Assembly: GCA_902571865.1 (NCBI GenBank)
Contig: CACGDO010000006.1
Span: 13,069-77,068 of the forward strand
Source: an uncultured Alphaproteobacteria bacterium
GTDB taxonomy: Bacteria > Pseudomonadota > Alphaproteobacteria > HIMB59 > GCA-002718135
Direction of reading: 5' to 3'
DNA: 64,000 bases
The stretch's first letter is position 1, and each line of letters starts with the position of its first letter. The notes beneath the pieces were generated by a model. That model searched no databases, was not told the DNA's origin, and saw nothing but the letters and a program-made list of their open reading frames with translations. The position numbers and the translations under genes are program-made. This document shows positions 42,351 to 53,383 of the stretch, one piece after another.

Positions 42351-43177
42351 TGTCGAAACTTACAGTTAAAGATTTATTTGACAAAAAAGGAAAAGTTAAA
42401 TTAACAGAACTGTATGTAACAAATGCTTTAGAAGCGTATGCAGCTGAACAAGCTGGAATAGATATACAGATTGTATCATTTAAAAAAGATACATTAAGAA
42501 CAGGAGTGCCAACAAATAAATGGTTTAGAGATGCACATATAAAAGATATTCGTGATGCCGCTCCAAACACTTTTATGATTTATGGTCTTGGTCAATTATC
42601 TTCTCCAGAAAAAGCAATTGATGCTGCTCTTATTGCAAGAGAAAATGGGGCCGATGCAGTTTATTGTGGTAATAGTCCAAAATATATAGAAGCTCTTCGA
42701 AATGAAGGATTGCCAGCCGTCAGTCATATAGGCTTAATACCTTATAAAAGTACATGGACTGGTGGTTTTAAAGCAGTAGGAAAAGATGCTATATCTGCCT
42801 ACAACGTTTATCAAGATGCTTTGGCATACGATCAAGCAGGTGCAATTGGTCTTGAAGTAGAATGTGTGCCTGATAGAGTTGCGGAAGTTATTACAAAAAA
42901 AGTTAATTTATTAACATTATCTATGGGAAGTGGCCCTAAATGTGATGTTGAGTTTTTATTTATTCAAGATGTTATAGGTACCAATACTGATAGAGTGCCT
43001 CGTCATGCTAAAGTTTTTAAGGATACAAATAAATCTTACGAAAAGCTTGTTGATGACACTATTGAAGGACTTAAGAGTTTTATTGAAGACGTAAACACTA
43101 AAAAATTTCCAACTCCATCAAATATAGTTGAAATAAAAGATGATGAGTTTGAAAAATTTTTAAATAAGATTGGTTAG
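42350..43177 (+). CDS. PanB-like (ketopantoate hydroxymethyltransferase fold, ICL/PEP-mutase superfamily) protein, divergent
   Basis: The C-terminal half resembles PanB (HIGLIPYKSTWTGGFKAVGK, GLEVECVP, SMGSGPKCDVEFLFIQDVIG). The N-terminal catalytic motifs are not recognisable. TAATG overlap with GH4. Confidence 0.55.
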   Translation: MSKLTVKDLFDKKGKVKLTELYVTNALEAYAAEQAGIDIQIVSFKKDTLRTGVPTNKWFRDAHIKDIRDAAPNTFMIYGLGQLSSPEKAIDAALIARENGADAVYCGNSPKYIEALRNEGLPAVSHIGLIPYKSTWTGGFKAVGKDAISAYNVYQDALAYDQAGAIGLEVECVPDRVAEVITKKVNLLTLSMGSGPKCDVEFLFIQDVIGTNTDRVPRHAKVFKDTNKSYEKLVDDTIEGLKSFIEDVNTKKFPTPSNIVEIKDDEFEKFLNKIG

Positions 43178-44001
43178 ATATTTACTATTAATAAATCTTT
43201 TCCAATTATTGGATCTTTGCCAAAATCTTTTTTTACAATTTTCTTTAATTTTGAAACATTAAATCTTGTTGGAACAAAATGTGTTAAAACAAGTTTTTTA
43301 CAGTTTGTTAGTTTAGCTACTTTACCTACAAGATTACTTGGAGTGTGATATTCTTTAACATTATGTAATGTTTTTTTAGTTCTTAGTTTTGATGTTTTAT
43401 TCATTTCATATTCTATAAAAACCTCATGAAGTAAAACATCTGAGTTCTGAGCATTTTGCATTAAACTTTCACACGGTCTTGTATCTCCACTTATAGTTAA
43501 TTTCTTATTATTATTATAAAATGAAAATCCATATGCATATGGCACTGGTTTATGATCAACTTCAAAGTATTTAATTTTAATATCATTTATACTTATTGAG
43601 CCTTTTTTATTAAATTCATAAACTTTATATTTCAAACCTTTTGTTGATTTTCTTTTTTCATATGAAATTCTTAATTCACGTTCAATTTTCCAAGCTGAAA
43701 ATATTTTATCAACAAATTTCTTTGTTCCTTTTGGTCCATATATTTTCCAAATTGAATCTCTATCCGAGTGCCAAGATGATATAATGAGTTGATATAAATC
43801 AATTACATGATCAGTGTGCAAATGCGTAATCAATAAAGCATCAATATCTGCTGAAGAATATCCACTTTGATTTAATCTTTGTGTTACACCAGAACCACAA
43901 TCAATTAGGATTTTAGTTTTTTTTGTTGATACAAAGTTTGATGCACCACACCTTTTGTAATCAATTGATGGGCATCCAGTTCCAAGAAGCGTTAGCTTCA
44001 T
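43174..44001 (-). CDS. MBL-fold metallo-hydrolase (RNase Z/ElaC-like)
   Basis: HLHTDH (HxHxDH) motif. 1-nt TAATG overlap with the rpoD stop. Confidence 0.75.
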   Translation of the reverse strand: MKLTLLGTGCPSIDYKRCGASNFVSTKKTKILIDCGSGVTQRLNQSGYSSADIDALLITHLHTDHVIDLYQLIISSWHSDRDSIWKIYGPKGTKKFVDKIFSAWKIERELRISYEKRKSTKGLKYKVYEFNKKGSISINDIKIKYFEVDHKPVPYAYGFSFYNNNKKLTISGDTRPCESLMQNAQNSDVLLHEVFIEYEMNKTSKLRTKKTLHNVKEYHTPSNLVGKVAKLTNCKKLVLTHFVPTRFNVSKLKKIVKKDFGKDPIIGKDLLIVNI

Positions 44002-46157
44002 TATTCGTCAAGAAATGTTTTTAACTTTCTTGCTCTAGTAGGGTGCTTTAATTTTCTTAGGGCTTTTGCTTCTATTTGTCTTATTCTTTCTCTTGTAACA
44101 CTAAATTGCTGACCAACTTCTTCTAATGTATGATCACTATTCATACCAATACCAAATCGCATTCTTAAGACTCTTTCTTCTCTAGGTGTCAAAGAAGACA
44201 AAATTCTTGTAGTAGTATCCCGTAATGAACTTTTTACAGCTGCTTCAATTGGTATAAGAGCATTTTTATCCTCTATAAAATCTCCCAATGAACTATCTTC
44301 TTCATCACCAACAGGTGTTTCTAAACTTATAGGTTCTTTTGCAATTTTAAGAACTTTTTTAACTTTATCTAAAGGCATGTGCAGTCTATCTGCTAATTCA
44401 TTAGGTGTTGGCTCTCTGCCGATCTCGGACATGATTTGTCTTGTTGTTCTAACAATTTTATTTATTGTTTCTATCATATGAACTGGAATTCTAATTGTTC
44501 TAGCTTGATCAGCAATTGATCTTGTTATTGCTTGTCTAATCCACCATGTAGCGTACGTAGAAAATTTATAACCTCTACGATATTCAAATTTATCAACTGC
44601 TTTCATAAGACCAATATTACCCTCTTGGATAAGATCTAAAAATTGCAGACCTCTATTTGTGTATTTTTTTGCAATAGATATGACAAGTCTTAAATTAGAT
44701 TCAATCATTTCTTTTTTGGCCCTATTTGCTGATCTTTCTCCTTGCTGAACAGTTCCGACTATTCTTCTGAATTCTGATAATGGAAGTTCAGAAGCTGTTT
44801 GTATTTCTTTAATTTCTTCAATATTTTTATTAATTTCTATATGATTCCTATTTATAAATTTTTCCCAATTTTTATCTTTTGTAGATAGCAAACTTTGGAT
44901 CCAATTTTTTTCAAAATTAAAATTTAAATATTGAGAGATAAAATCTTCCCTTTTTACCCCAGCGTTAGTAGCCATGCGAAGCATCTTACCTTCTCGTAAA
45001 AGAAGTTTTTTATTAAGTTCATACAAAGCTTCCATTAACGCTTCAATTGTTGTTGAGTTAAAATGAACAGCTTTCATAGCAGCAACCATTTCTTTTTGAA
45101 TTTTCAAGTATTTTTTTTCCAAAGAAATGTAATTTTTTTCATTTTTTTTATCTGCATTAATTAGTTCTTGGCTGTGTTTTTGAAGTTTTTTGAATAACTT
45201 TGTTATATCATTAAAATCGTTTAATACTTTTGGTTTAAGCTTTTCTTCCATAGCTGCCAGTGAAACATTTAAGCTATCGTCATCATCGTCATCCTGTTGT
45301 TGTTCTTCTTCATTATTTTCTTCAGTGTTTTTTTCATTTTCTTTCTTTTTTTTATCATCCTCTTTATCACTTCCACCACTTTCAATGAGCTTAAGTGTGT
45401 CTTCTAGTTTTGAGTCAGAAATATCTGACATATCATAAGTAGCTTCCAAATCTACTATATCTCTTAAAAGCATAGTCCCATCTTTAATTGAATCTTTCCA
45501 ATTAATAATTGATCTAATCGTCATTGGACTTTCACAAATTGCTCCAATCATTTTTTCTCTTCCTGCTTCAATTCTTTTAGCAATAGCTATTTCACCCTCT
45601 CTGCTTAAAAGCTCAACTGCACCCATGTCTCTTAGGTATAGTCTTACTGGATCATCTGTTTTACCTGTTTGTTTTTTTTCTTGTTCATCACTGCTCTCTT
45701 CAGATTTTGCAGTTTGCTCTTTTGCTAGAGTTATTAATTCTTTTGCCTCTTCCTCAGAATGAATTTTGATATTATTAGATAATAATAGATCGCTAAATTT
45801 TTTAATATTTTCTTCAAGTCTGAATTTTTTAGGAATAGCTTTTTCAATTATTTTTTTTGTATATATTCCATCAATTTTATGTTTGTTGATTAACTTAGCA
45901 AATATTTCTTTTATTTTCTCTTCAAAACCTGAGATTGCTTTTGGAATTTTTTTTGGTTTATCTTCTTTTGAAGATTTAATTAAATTCTTTTTGGATACTG
46001 GTTTTGAAATAGTTTTTATTGTTTTTTTTAAAATTTTTGGTTTAGCTTTGGCAGTCCTGGAAACTAATTTTTTCTTAGTTAATTTTTTTTTAATAGAAGT
46101 TTTGTTTTTAACAGCAGTAGTTTTTTTATTAGCAGTTTTTTTCTTCTTTTTTGCCAT
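44001..46157 (-). CDS. rpoD: RNA polymerase sigma-70 factor RpoD
   Basis: Regions 2-4 are conserved ([50 protein letters not shown]). Unusual Lys-rich N-terminus and an acidic insert. Confidence 0.95.
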   Translation of the reverse strand: MAKKKKKTANKKTTAVKNKTSIKKKLTKKKLVSRTAKAKPKILKKTIKTISKPVSKKNLIKSSKEDKPKKIPKAISGFEEKIKEIFAKLINKHKIDGIYTKKIIEKAIPKKFRLEENIKKFSDLLLSNNIKIHSEEEAKELITLAKEQTAKSEESSDEQEKKQTGKTDDPVRLYLRDMGAVELLSREGEIAIAKRIEAGREKMIGAICESPMTIRSIINWKDSIKDGTMLLRDIVDLEATYDMSDISDSKLEDTLKLIESGGSDKEDDKKKKENEKNTEENNEEEQQQDDDDDDSLNVSLAAMEEKLKPKVLNDFNDITKLFKKLQKHSQELINADKKNEKNYISLEKKYLKIQKEMVAAMKAVHFNSTTIEALMEALYELNKKLLLREGKMLRMATNAGVKREDFISQYLNFNFEKNWIQSLLSTKDKNWEKFINRNHIEINKNIEEIKEIQTASELPLSEFRRIVGTVQQGERSANRAKKEMIESNLRLVISIAKKYTNRGLQFLDLIQEGNIGLMKAVDKFEYRRGYKFSTYATWWIRQAITRSIADQARTIRIPVHMIETINKIVRTTRQIMSEIGREPTPNELADRLHMPLDKVKKVLKIAKEPISLETPVGDEEDSSLGDFIEDKNALIPIEAAVKSSLRDTTTRILSSLTPREERVLRMRFGIGMNSDHTLEEVGQQFSVTRERIRQIEAKALRKLKHPTRARKLKTFLDE

Positions 46158-46161
46158 AACT

Positions 46162-47913
46162 TTATTTTAATAATTCTTCGTTGTTATTAAGATTAAAAGT
46201 GATATTTTTTAACTCATCCCATGTCATTGAAGACGAATTATTATGTATATCATTTAGGCTTTTATTTATTTTTTTCAAATTTGAAAGTCTTGTATTTAAA
46301 TTATTTATGGATTCTTTAATTTCATTTATAACTTCCTTAGAATCATAATCTAAGCGTACATAAGGGAAAAGTTGAATTATACTATTATCCTTAGTTTTTT
46401 CGTAAATTTCAGATAGTTTATTGGAAAATTTAGCTGTGTAAATATTATCTATATCAACCTCAAAAAACTCTGATTTATGAATAAAATTTAAGAATTCAGT
46501 CTGATCATCATTTAATAATTCTGAAGTTGTCAACAAGGAATAGATCTCCTGTCTTAATTTCGTATGATTTAGATAGGCTGTAAGAAATGAGTAAATTTGT
46601 TTCTCTTTTAATGAAATCGTTTTTGGAGTAATTTTAATAGGTTTCTTTTTACTAGAAAATGATTTTAGTTTTTGAAAAAATAAAGATTTAAATTCATTTT
46701 TGTAAAAATATTTTATTTTACTATCTTTTATATTGCTAACTAATTCATCAATATAATTATCAAATATAACTTTATTATCGGATTTTTGTAGATCAATTGA
46801 TTTTGATGATTCCTGAAAAATAAAATCTACAATTGACAGTGGATTTTTTAAGTATGTTGCAAACTTACTTAGAGAATATTCATTTATAAAAGTATCTGGG
46901 TCGTATTCATTTGGCAAAATAACAAATTGTAATAATTTTGAAGGAGTTAAATAAGGTAATGACATTATAGCACTTTTAAAAGAAGCCTTTAAACCTGATG
47001 TGTCTCCATCGAACATCAATGTTGGTTTATTTACATATTTCCATGATAATAAAAGATGACTATCAGTTAAAGCAGTTCCAAGTGGCGCTACGGCTGTTTT
47101 AATATTTTTATCATATAAACTTATTACATCCATATAACCCTCACAAATTAACATATTTTTTTTTGATCTTATATTTTGTTTAGCGTTAAAAAGATTATAC
47201 AAAATATTTCTTTTTTTAAAAAAATCACTTTCAGGTGAATTAATATATTTAGGATTTGAGTTATCTAATACTCTTCCGCCAAATCCAACAATTTTTCCAT
47301 ATTCATTTGTAATTGGAAATATAAGTCTGTTGTAAAAAAAATCACGTATCTTATTATTTTTATCTAGTTTTACTACATTACTTTCAAGTAGTTCTGTATC
47401 TTGAAAACCTTGTTCTTTTAGAAATTGATATAGAGTTTGTTTTGAGTTGGAAGAAAATCCTAACTTAAAATATTTAATAGTCTCGTCTGATAAATTTCTT
47501 TTATTTAAATATCTTTGACAATCTTTATTTTCCTTTAGATTATCTTGAAACCATTTTGTCGAAATTTCTAAAATTTTATAAATTTTATCATTTTTTTTAT
47601 TAATATTTGAATCAAAATTATCAACTATTCTAATACCAACTCTTTGAGCTAATTCTTTTACTGCCTCAGGGAAAGAAAAATTATAAAGGTCTGTGTATAT
47701 TGTAAATATATCTCCTTTAGCCCCACATCCAAAACAGTAATATGAACCTAACTCATCATTTATTTTGCAAGATGGAGTTTTTTCATCATGAAAAGGACAA
47801 CAACACCAACTATCTTTTCCTTTTTTTATGACTTTTGTTTTTTTTTCTATTTCTTGTGAAAGAATAATTTTTGATTTTATTAATTCAAGATCATTTTTTG
47901 AAAATGACATCAA
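46162..47913 (-). CDS. dnaG: DNA primase
   Basis: Zn-ribbon [13 protein letters not shown]...CFGCGAKGD and a TOPRIM domain (EGYMDV...DGD). Confidence 0.9.
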   Translation of the reverse strand: MMSFSKNDLELIKSKIILSQEIEKKTKVIKKGKDSWCCCPFHDEKTPSCKINDELGSYYCFGCGAKGDIFTIYTDLYNFSFPEAVKELAQRVGIRIVDNFDSNINKKNDKIYKILEISTKWFQDNLKENKDCQRYLNKRNLSDETIKYFKLGFSSNSKQTLYQFLKEQGFQDTELLESNVVKLDKNNKIRDFFYNRLIFPITNEYGKIVGFGGRVLDNSNPKYINSPESDFFKKRNILYNLFNAKQNIRSKKNMLICEGYMDVISLYDKNIKTAVAPLGTALTDSHLLLSWKYVNKPTLMFDGDTSGLKASFKSAIMSLPYLTPSKLLQFVILPNEYDPDTFINEYSLSKFATYLKNPLSIVDFIFQESSKSIDLQKSDNKVIFDNYIDELVSNIKDSKIKYFYKNEFKSLFFQKLKSFSSKKKPIKITPKTISLKEKQIYSFLTAYLNHTKLRQEIYSLLTTSELLNDDQTEFLNFIHKSEFFEVDIDNIYTAKFSNKLSEIYEKTKDNSIIQLFPYVRLDYDSKEVINEIKESINNLNTRLSNLKKINKSLNDIHNNSSSMTWDELKNITFNLNNNEELLK

Positions 47914-48365
47914 TTGCCCAGTAAAGATTTAGCAATTTTTCCAACTAAACCCATATCTATTTTTCCAGTATATTTTTCCTTAATAATTTTCATAAGTGCG
48001 CCCATTTCTTTGAGTGAAGTATAATTATTTTCTTGAATTATATTCTTTATGATCAATATTGCTTCATCTTCATCCATTTGTTTGGGTAAAAACATTTCTA
48101 TTATTTTGATTTCATTTAGTTCATTTTCAATAAGATCATTCCGATTCGCTTTTTTAAAAGCTTCTATTGAATCTTTTCTTTGTTTTACTAAACTTTGAAG
48201 TAAACTTAAAATATCAGAATCGGTTAAAGCGTCTTGCTTACCTCTTAGAGAGATTTCTTTATCTTTAATTGAACTCTTAATTAATCGTAAGGTATTTACT
48301 GAATTAAAGTCTTTTTCTTTGATAGAATTGTTATAATGACTTTCAATTTTATCCTTCAAGCTCAT
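47910..48365 (-). CDS. GatB/YqeY domain-containing protein
   Basis: 151 aa with a YqeY-like pattern (LRLIKSSIKDKEI...EIKIIEMFLP). 4-nt overlap with dnaG. Confidence 0.75.
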   Translation of the reverse strand: MSLKDKIESHYNNSIKEKDFNSVNTLRLIKSSIKDKEISLRGKQDALTDSDILSLLQSLVKQRKDSIEAFKKANRNDLIENELNEIKIIEMFLPKQMDEDEAILIIKNIIQENNYTSLKEMGALMKIIKEKYTGKIDMGLVGKIAKSLLGN

Positions 48366-48467
48366 ATTTTTTCACTTTCTAATAAATTTAATTTAATAAT
48401 ATAATTCTTCTTTTTAATTTCAACTAATCCTTGACTACATTGTTATAAATGCATACTAACTATCATT

Positions 48468-49655
48468 TTGCTTCATCAAAATATAATGGAAGTTTCAAAA
48501 AAAATACCACATATACACATTAAAACCGCGGCTCTTGTATTAGAAAATGGTGAAATCTTATGGGGTTATGGATTAGGACAGAAAAAGGCTGCGGTAGGTG
48601 AGCTTTGTTTTAATACTTCACAAACAGGCTATCAAGAAGCATTATCGGATCCTTCATATACAAAACAAATCATAACATTTACTTTTCCACATGTTGGAAT
48701 TGTAGGAACAAATCAAGAAGATCAAGAGTCAAAAAAAATCTATGCTGATGGTTGCGTAATAAATCAACCATTATCAGAATATTCAAATTGGAGAGCAGAA
48801 AATGACTTAAATTCATATTTTTTAAAAAATAAAATTCCATGCATTTTCGGAATTGACACTAGATACTTAACTAAGAAATTATCTGTTGAGGGAGCTAAGA
48901 AGGCTGCAATAATTTACTTTGGAGAAGGTGAAAATAAAATTGAAAAACTTAAAACTCAAATAAATGAGTGGAAAGGTCTTCAAAATTTAGATTTGGCTGG
49001 GATAGTGTCGACAGAGCAAAACTACAATTGGAAAAAGGGAATATGGAAAAGTGATAAATCAATTAAAAAACAATTTAAATATAATGTTACTTGTTTGGAC
49101 TTTGGAATAAAAAATAACATTTTAAGAAATCTAAACGAATTTAATCTTAATCCAACTGTATTAAACTTATTTTCTAGCTACGAAGAAATAATAGAAACTA
49201 ATCCCTCAGGAATTTTTTTATCGAACGGTCCCGGTGATCCATATGCCACAGGAAGTAAAATAGTAGATGTAATTAAAAAATTAATTGATGATAATATTCC
49301 AATATTTGGAATATGTTTAGGTCATCAAATATTAGGATTGGCTCTAAATGCAAAGACTAAAAAAATGTTTCAAGGTCACAGAGGTTCAAACCATCCCGTC
49401 AAAAATCTCACAACAGGCATTGTTGAAATTACTTCACAAAATCATGGTTTTGAAGTTGATAGAGATAGTTTTAGTAAAGATATAATTGAAACACATGTTT
49501 CACTATTTGACAGGACTAATGAAGGGTTAAAACATAAGCATCTGCCAGTATTTAGCGTTCAGTATCATCCAGAGGCGTCACCTGGTCCACACGATAGTCA
49601 TTATTTATTTGAAGAATTTTATAAACTTATTGAGAATAATGCCAAAAAGAACTGA
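48468..49655 (+). CDS. carA: carbamoyl-phosphate synthase small (glutaminase) subunit
   Basis: GICLGHQ catalytic Cys and the C-terminal [15 protein letters not shown] motif. The true start may be the ATG at 48486. Confidence 0.9.
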   Translation: MLHQNIMEVSKKIPHIHIKTAALVLENGEILWGYGLGQKKAAVGELCFNTSQTGYQEALSDPSYTKQIITFTFPHVGIVGTNQEDQESKKIYADGCVINQPLSEYSNWRAENDLNSYFLKNKIPCIFGIDTRYLTKKLSVEGAKKAAIIYFGEGENKIEKLKTQINEWKGLQNLDLAGIVSTEQNYNWKKGIWKSDKSIKKQFKYNVTCLDFGIKNNILRNLNEFNLNPTVLNLFSSYEEIIETNPSGIFLSNGPGDPYATGSKIVDVIKKLIDDNIPIFGICLGHQILGLALNAKTKKMFQGHRGSNHPVKNLTTGIVEITSQNHGFEVDRDSFSKDIIETHVSLFDRTNEGLKHKHLPVFSVQYHPEASPGPHDSHYLFEEFYKLIENNAKKN

Positions 49656-52600
49656 TATAAATAAAATATTAATAGTAGGTGCAGGCCCTATAGTTATAGG
49701 TCAGGCTTGTGAATTTGATTACTCAGGTGCTCAAGCATGTAAGTCTCTAAAAGATGAAGGTTATAAAATTGTATTAATTAATTCAAATCCTGCAACAATA
49801 ATGACTGATCCAGAATTAGCTGATCAAACTTATATTGAGCCTATAACTAAAGAATTTGTAGAAAAAATAATAGAAATAGAAAAACCAGATGCTCTCCTGC
49901 CAACTATGGGAGGGCAAACTGCTTTAAACGTTTCGATGGAACTTTTTAATAATCGAATACTTGAAAAACACGGAGTAAAAATGATTGGAGCAAACCCAAC
50001 AGCAATAGAATTAGCTGAGGATAGACAAAAATTTAAAGATGCTATGAAAGAAATTGGTCTAAGCTGCCCTAAAAGTTACGTAGTTAACACTATTGAAGAT
50101 TCAAAAAGGGTAAAAAATGAATTAAATTTACCTCTTGTTATAAGACCGAGTTTTACACTTGGAGGTACCGGAGGTGGTGTTGCCTATGATGATGAGGGGT
50201 TTATTGATTTATGTAATAGAGGTTTAAATGCTAGCCCAACAAATCAGATACTCATTGAAAAATCTGTTTCAGGTTGGAAAGAATTCGAGATGGAAGTTGT
50301 TAGAGATAATAAAGATAATTGTATTATTGTTTGTTCAATTGAAAATGTTGATCCAATGGGTGTTCATACTGGAGATAGCATTACAGTGGCTCCATCATTG
50401 ACATTAACTGATAAAGAATATCAAATTTTAAGGAATGCTAGCATTAAGGTTCTCAGAAAAATAGGTGTAGATACTGGTGGCTCAAATGTTCAATTTGCAA
50501 TAAATCCTGAAGATGGAGAAATTAATGTAATTGAAATGAATCCAAGAGTTAGTAGATCTTCTGCATTAGCATCAAAAGCTACAGGTTTTCCAATAGCAAA
50601 AATTGCTGCAAAATTAGCCGTAGGTTATACTTTAGATGAACTTGAAAATGATATTACTACAACAACACCAGCAAGTTTTGAGCCAACTATTGATTATGTT
50701 GTAACTAAAATTCCAAGATTTACTTTTGAAAAATTTGTTGGTGCAAATTCTGACTTAACGACATCTATGAAATCAGTTGGTGAGGCAATGAGTATAGGTA
50801 GATCTTTTAATGAATCAATCCAAAAGGGTTTTAATTCTCTTGAGTATGGTTTAACTGGTTTTGATAAACCAAAACTTAGCTCAAATAATAAAAATGCAAT
50901 CTTGGATGAACTTAAAATACAATCTTCGCAACGCTTGTTAGTTGTAGGAGAAGCCATAAGGATTGGATTAACAGTTGATGAAATAAATCAAACTACAAAA
51001 TATGATAAATGGTTTTTAAATCAAATTAAAACAATAATTGATTTTGAAAAAATCTTAAAAGAAAAAGGCCTCAACAAAGATATAATATTATATGCTAAGA
51101 AAATAGGATTTTCAGATAGTAAAATCTCATCAATATTAAGTATCAAAGAAAAAGAATTAAGAAAATTTAGAAGTGATAACGATATTAATCCAGTCTTCAG
51201 ACTAGTGGATACTTGTGCAGGTGAATTTAGTTCTAAAACTCCGTATCTTTATTCTACTTACGATTGGGATTTTGAAAATACTAAATTCTGTGAAGCAAAT
51301 CCTACATCAAAAGAAAAAGTAATAATTCTTGGAGGTGGTCCTAATAGAATAGGTCAAGGCATTGAATTTGATTATTGCTGTGTACATGCTGTCTATGCAC
51401 TGAAAGAAAAAGGCATTGAAACAATAATGATAAATTGTAACCCAGAAACAGTTTCGACTGACTATGATACTGCTGATAGACTTTATTTTGAACCACTTTC
51501 AGCTGAAAGTGTTATTGAAATTTACAATAAAGAAAAAAGTAATGGAAATGTTCTAGGTGTGTTAGTTCAATTTGGAGGCCAGACTCCTTTAAAAATTGCA
51601 AAAGAATTAGAAGAAGCTGGAATAAAAGTTATAGGAACTTCAACTGAAGCAATAGATTTAGCTGAAGATAGAGATAGATTTAGTGAAATATTGATGAAAC
51701 TAAAAATTGCTCAACCAAAAAATGCATTTGCAAATACTGTAACTCAAACTTTAGAAAAAGCTGAAGAAATTGGATATCCTGTTTTAGTTAGGCCTTCATA
51801 TGTACTTGGTGGAAGAGCTATGCAAATCGCATACAATAAAGATAATTTAGAATCATTTTCTAATGAGGCTCTTGAAGTTTCTTCAAATAATATAATTTTA
51901 ATTGATGAATATCTTGAGAATGCTAAAGAAATTGATGTAGATATAATTAGAGATAAAAATGGAGAAATATTTGTAGCTGGGATTATGGAACACATCGAAG
52001 AGGCAGGCATTCACTCTGGAGATAGTGCTTGTTCCTTACCTCCCTATTCAGTTAGTATAGAAACTCAGAATAAAATAATTGAATGGGTATCAAAAATTGC
52101 CAATGAAATTAATGTTGTTGGATTAATGAATACTCAATTAGCAATTAAAGATAAAAAAATATATGTTTTAGAAGTAAACCCAAGAGCCAGCAGGACTGTA
52201 CCATTTGTGGCCAAGTCAAAAGGTATTCCAGTAGCAAAAATTGCAGCAAAAGTAATGATCGGCGAAAATCTTAATTCAATTTTGAATAACTATAAAATTA
52301 ATGAATTAAAAAACTTTAATGTAAAAGAATCTGTTTTTCCTTTCAATAAATTTGATGGAGTGGATCTAATATTAGGTCCTGAAATGAAATCTACAGGAGA
52401 AGTTATGGGAATAGATAAAACCTTTTTATCTTCCTATATTAAGAGCCAAATAGCCTCTGGTAATATTCTTCCATCTAAAGGGACAGTATTTATCTCAATA
52501 GATAATGATAATAAAAAATTCATTATTAAGATAGCACAAAAATTAAAAGAATTAGATTTTAATCTACTTGCAACTAAAGGGACTGCTGAATACTTAAATA

Positions 52601-52869
52601 CTAATAACATCGAGACAAAAATAATAAATAAAGTAAAAGAAGGTAATCCTCATGTAGTTGACTCATTAATTAATAATGAAATTCAGCTAGTAATTAATAC
52701 AACAAAAACTCAATCATCTATTAAAGATAGCTATAGTATTAGAAGGACATCATTGATGTATAATATTCCATATTATACGACAATAGCTGGAGCAAAAGTT
52801 GCTGTAGATGCTATTGAACATATGAAAAATCAAGAGTTCACAATAAAAAGTCTTCAAACTATAAATTAA
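49639..52869 (+). CDS. carB: carbamoyl-phosphate synthase large subunit
   Basis: The canonical N-terminus [30 protein letters not shown] starts at the ATG at 49639 (17-nt overlap with carA). Two ATP-grasp halves and an MGS-like C-terminus. Confidence 0.95.
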   Translation: MPKRTDINKILIVGAGPIVIGQACEFDYSGAQACKSLKDEGYKIVLINSNPATIMTDPELADQTYIEPITKEFVEKIIEIEKPDALLPTMGGQTALNVSMELFNNRILEKHGVKMIGANPTAIELAEDRQKFKDAMKEIGLSCPKSYVVNTIEDSKRVKNELNLPLVIRPSFTLGGTGGGVAYDDEGFIDLCNRGLNASPTNQILIEKSVSGWKEFEMEVVRDNKDNCIIVCSIENVDPMGVHTGDSITVAPSLTLTDKEYQILRNASIKVLRKIGVDTGGSNVQFAINPEDGEINVIEMNPRVSRSSALASKATGFPIAKIAAKLAVGYTLDELENDITTTTPASFEPTIDYVVTKIPRFTFEKFVGANSDLTTSMKSVGEAMSIGRSFNESIQKGFNSLEYGLTGFDKPKLSSNNKNAILDELKIQSSQRLLVVGEAIRIGLTVDEINQTTKYDKWFLNQIKTIIDFEKILKEKGLNKDIILYAKKIGFSDSKISSILSIKEKELRKFRSDNDINPVFRLVDTCAGEFSSKTPYLYSTYDWDFENTKFCEANPTSKEKVIILGGGPNRIGQGIEFDYCCVHAVYALKEKGIETIMINCNPETVSTDYDTADRLYFEPLSAESVIEIYNKEKSNGNVLGVLVQFGGQTPLKIAKELEEAGIKVIGTSTEAIDLAEDRDRFSEILMKLKIAQPKNAFANTVTQTLEKAEEIGYPVLVRPSYVLGGRAMQIAYNKDNLESFSNEALEVSSNNIILIDEYLENAKEIDVDIIRDKNGEIFVAGIMEHIEEAGIHSGDSACSLPPYSVSIETQNKIIEWVSKIANEINVVGLMNTQLAIKDKKIYVLEVNPRASRTVPFVAKSKGIPVAKIAAKVMIGENLNSILNNYKINELKNFNVKESVFPFNKFDGVDLILGPEMKSTGEVMGIDKTFLSSYIKSQIASGNILPSKGTVFISIDNDNKKFIIKIAQKLKELDFNLLATKGTAEYLNTNNIETKIINKVKEGNPHVVDSLINNEIQLVINTTKTQSSIKDSYSIRRTSLMYNIPYYTTIAGAKVAVDAIEHMKNQEFTIKSLQTIN

Positions 52870-52909
52870 TTTTATTGACTATAAAAAATAAATAAATCAT
52901 CATGAGCTT

Positions 52910-53383
52910 ATGAATAAAATTCCTATGACTGCTGAAGGTTATACAAAATTACAAGATGAATTAAAAAAATTAACCTCTGAAGATAGACCAAAAATAATTG
53001 AAGCAATTGCCGAAGCTAGAAGCCACGGTGATTTATCTGAAAATGCAGAATATCAATATGCTAAGGAGCAACAAAGTTTAATTGAAGGAAGAATTATAGA
53101 TTTAGAGAGTGCTATTAGTAAAGCAGAGGTAATAGATGTTAAATCTGTTGAAGGTAACGATATTAAATTTGGTGCTACAGTTGAAATAGAAGATGATGAA
53201 AGTGGAGAAAAACAACAATATCAAATTGTTGGGGAATATGAATCAGATATTGAAAATAAAAAACTTTCAATTACTAGTCCTTTAGCAAGAGGCTTGATTG
53301 GTAAAACAGAAGAAGAAAATGTTGAAATCAACAGTCCAAAAGGTTTAAAAAGTTATACAATATTATCAGTAAAATACATTTGA
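52910..53383 (+). CDS. greA: transcription elongation factor GreA
   Basis: GDLSENAEY motif, 157 aa. Confidence 0.95.
   Translation: MNKIPMTAEGYTKLQDELKKLTSEDRPKIIEAIAEARSHGDLSENAEYQYAKEQQSLIEGRIIDLESAISKAEVIDVKSVEGNDIKFGATVEIEDDESGEKQQYQIVGEYESDIENKKLSITSPLARGLIGKTEEENVEINSPKGLKSYTILSVKYI

Noticed and set aside
15432-43177. Higher GC in the transporter/catabolic block as evidence of horizontal transfer. Hand counts were 23/60 at 20401-20460 and 25/60 at 29281-29340, against 12/60 at 2041-2100 in murF.
   Set aside because: The core glycolytic gene fba is among the GC-richest stretches. Conserved or highly expressed proteins in AT-rich genomes are generally GC-richer. I saw no integrase, transposase or flanking direct repeats. 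Composition alone does not support an island call; k-mer or codon analysis over the full genome would be needed.
45250-45340. An apparent tandem repeat (GAT/GAA/CAA-rich DNA) inside rpoD.
   Set aside because: It encodes the acidic low-complexity insert ([12 protein letters not shown]) of sigma-70. It is a coding low-complexity region, not a structural DNA repeat.
49609-49638. An upstream ATG start for carB ([10 protein letters not shown]...).
   Set aside because: The conserved CarB N-terminus MPKRTDI starts at 49639. The extension lies inside carA.
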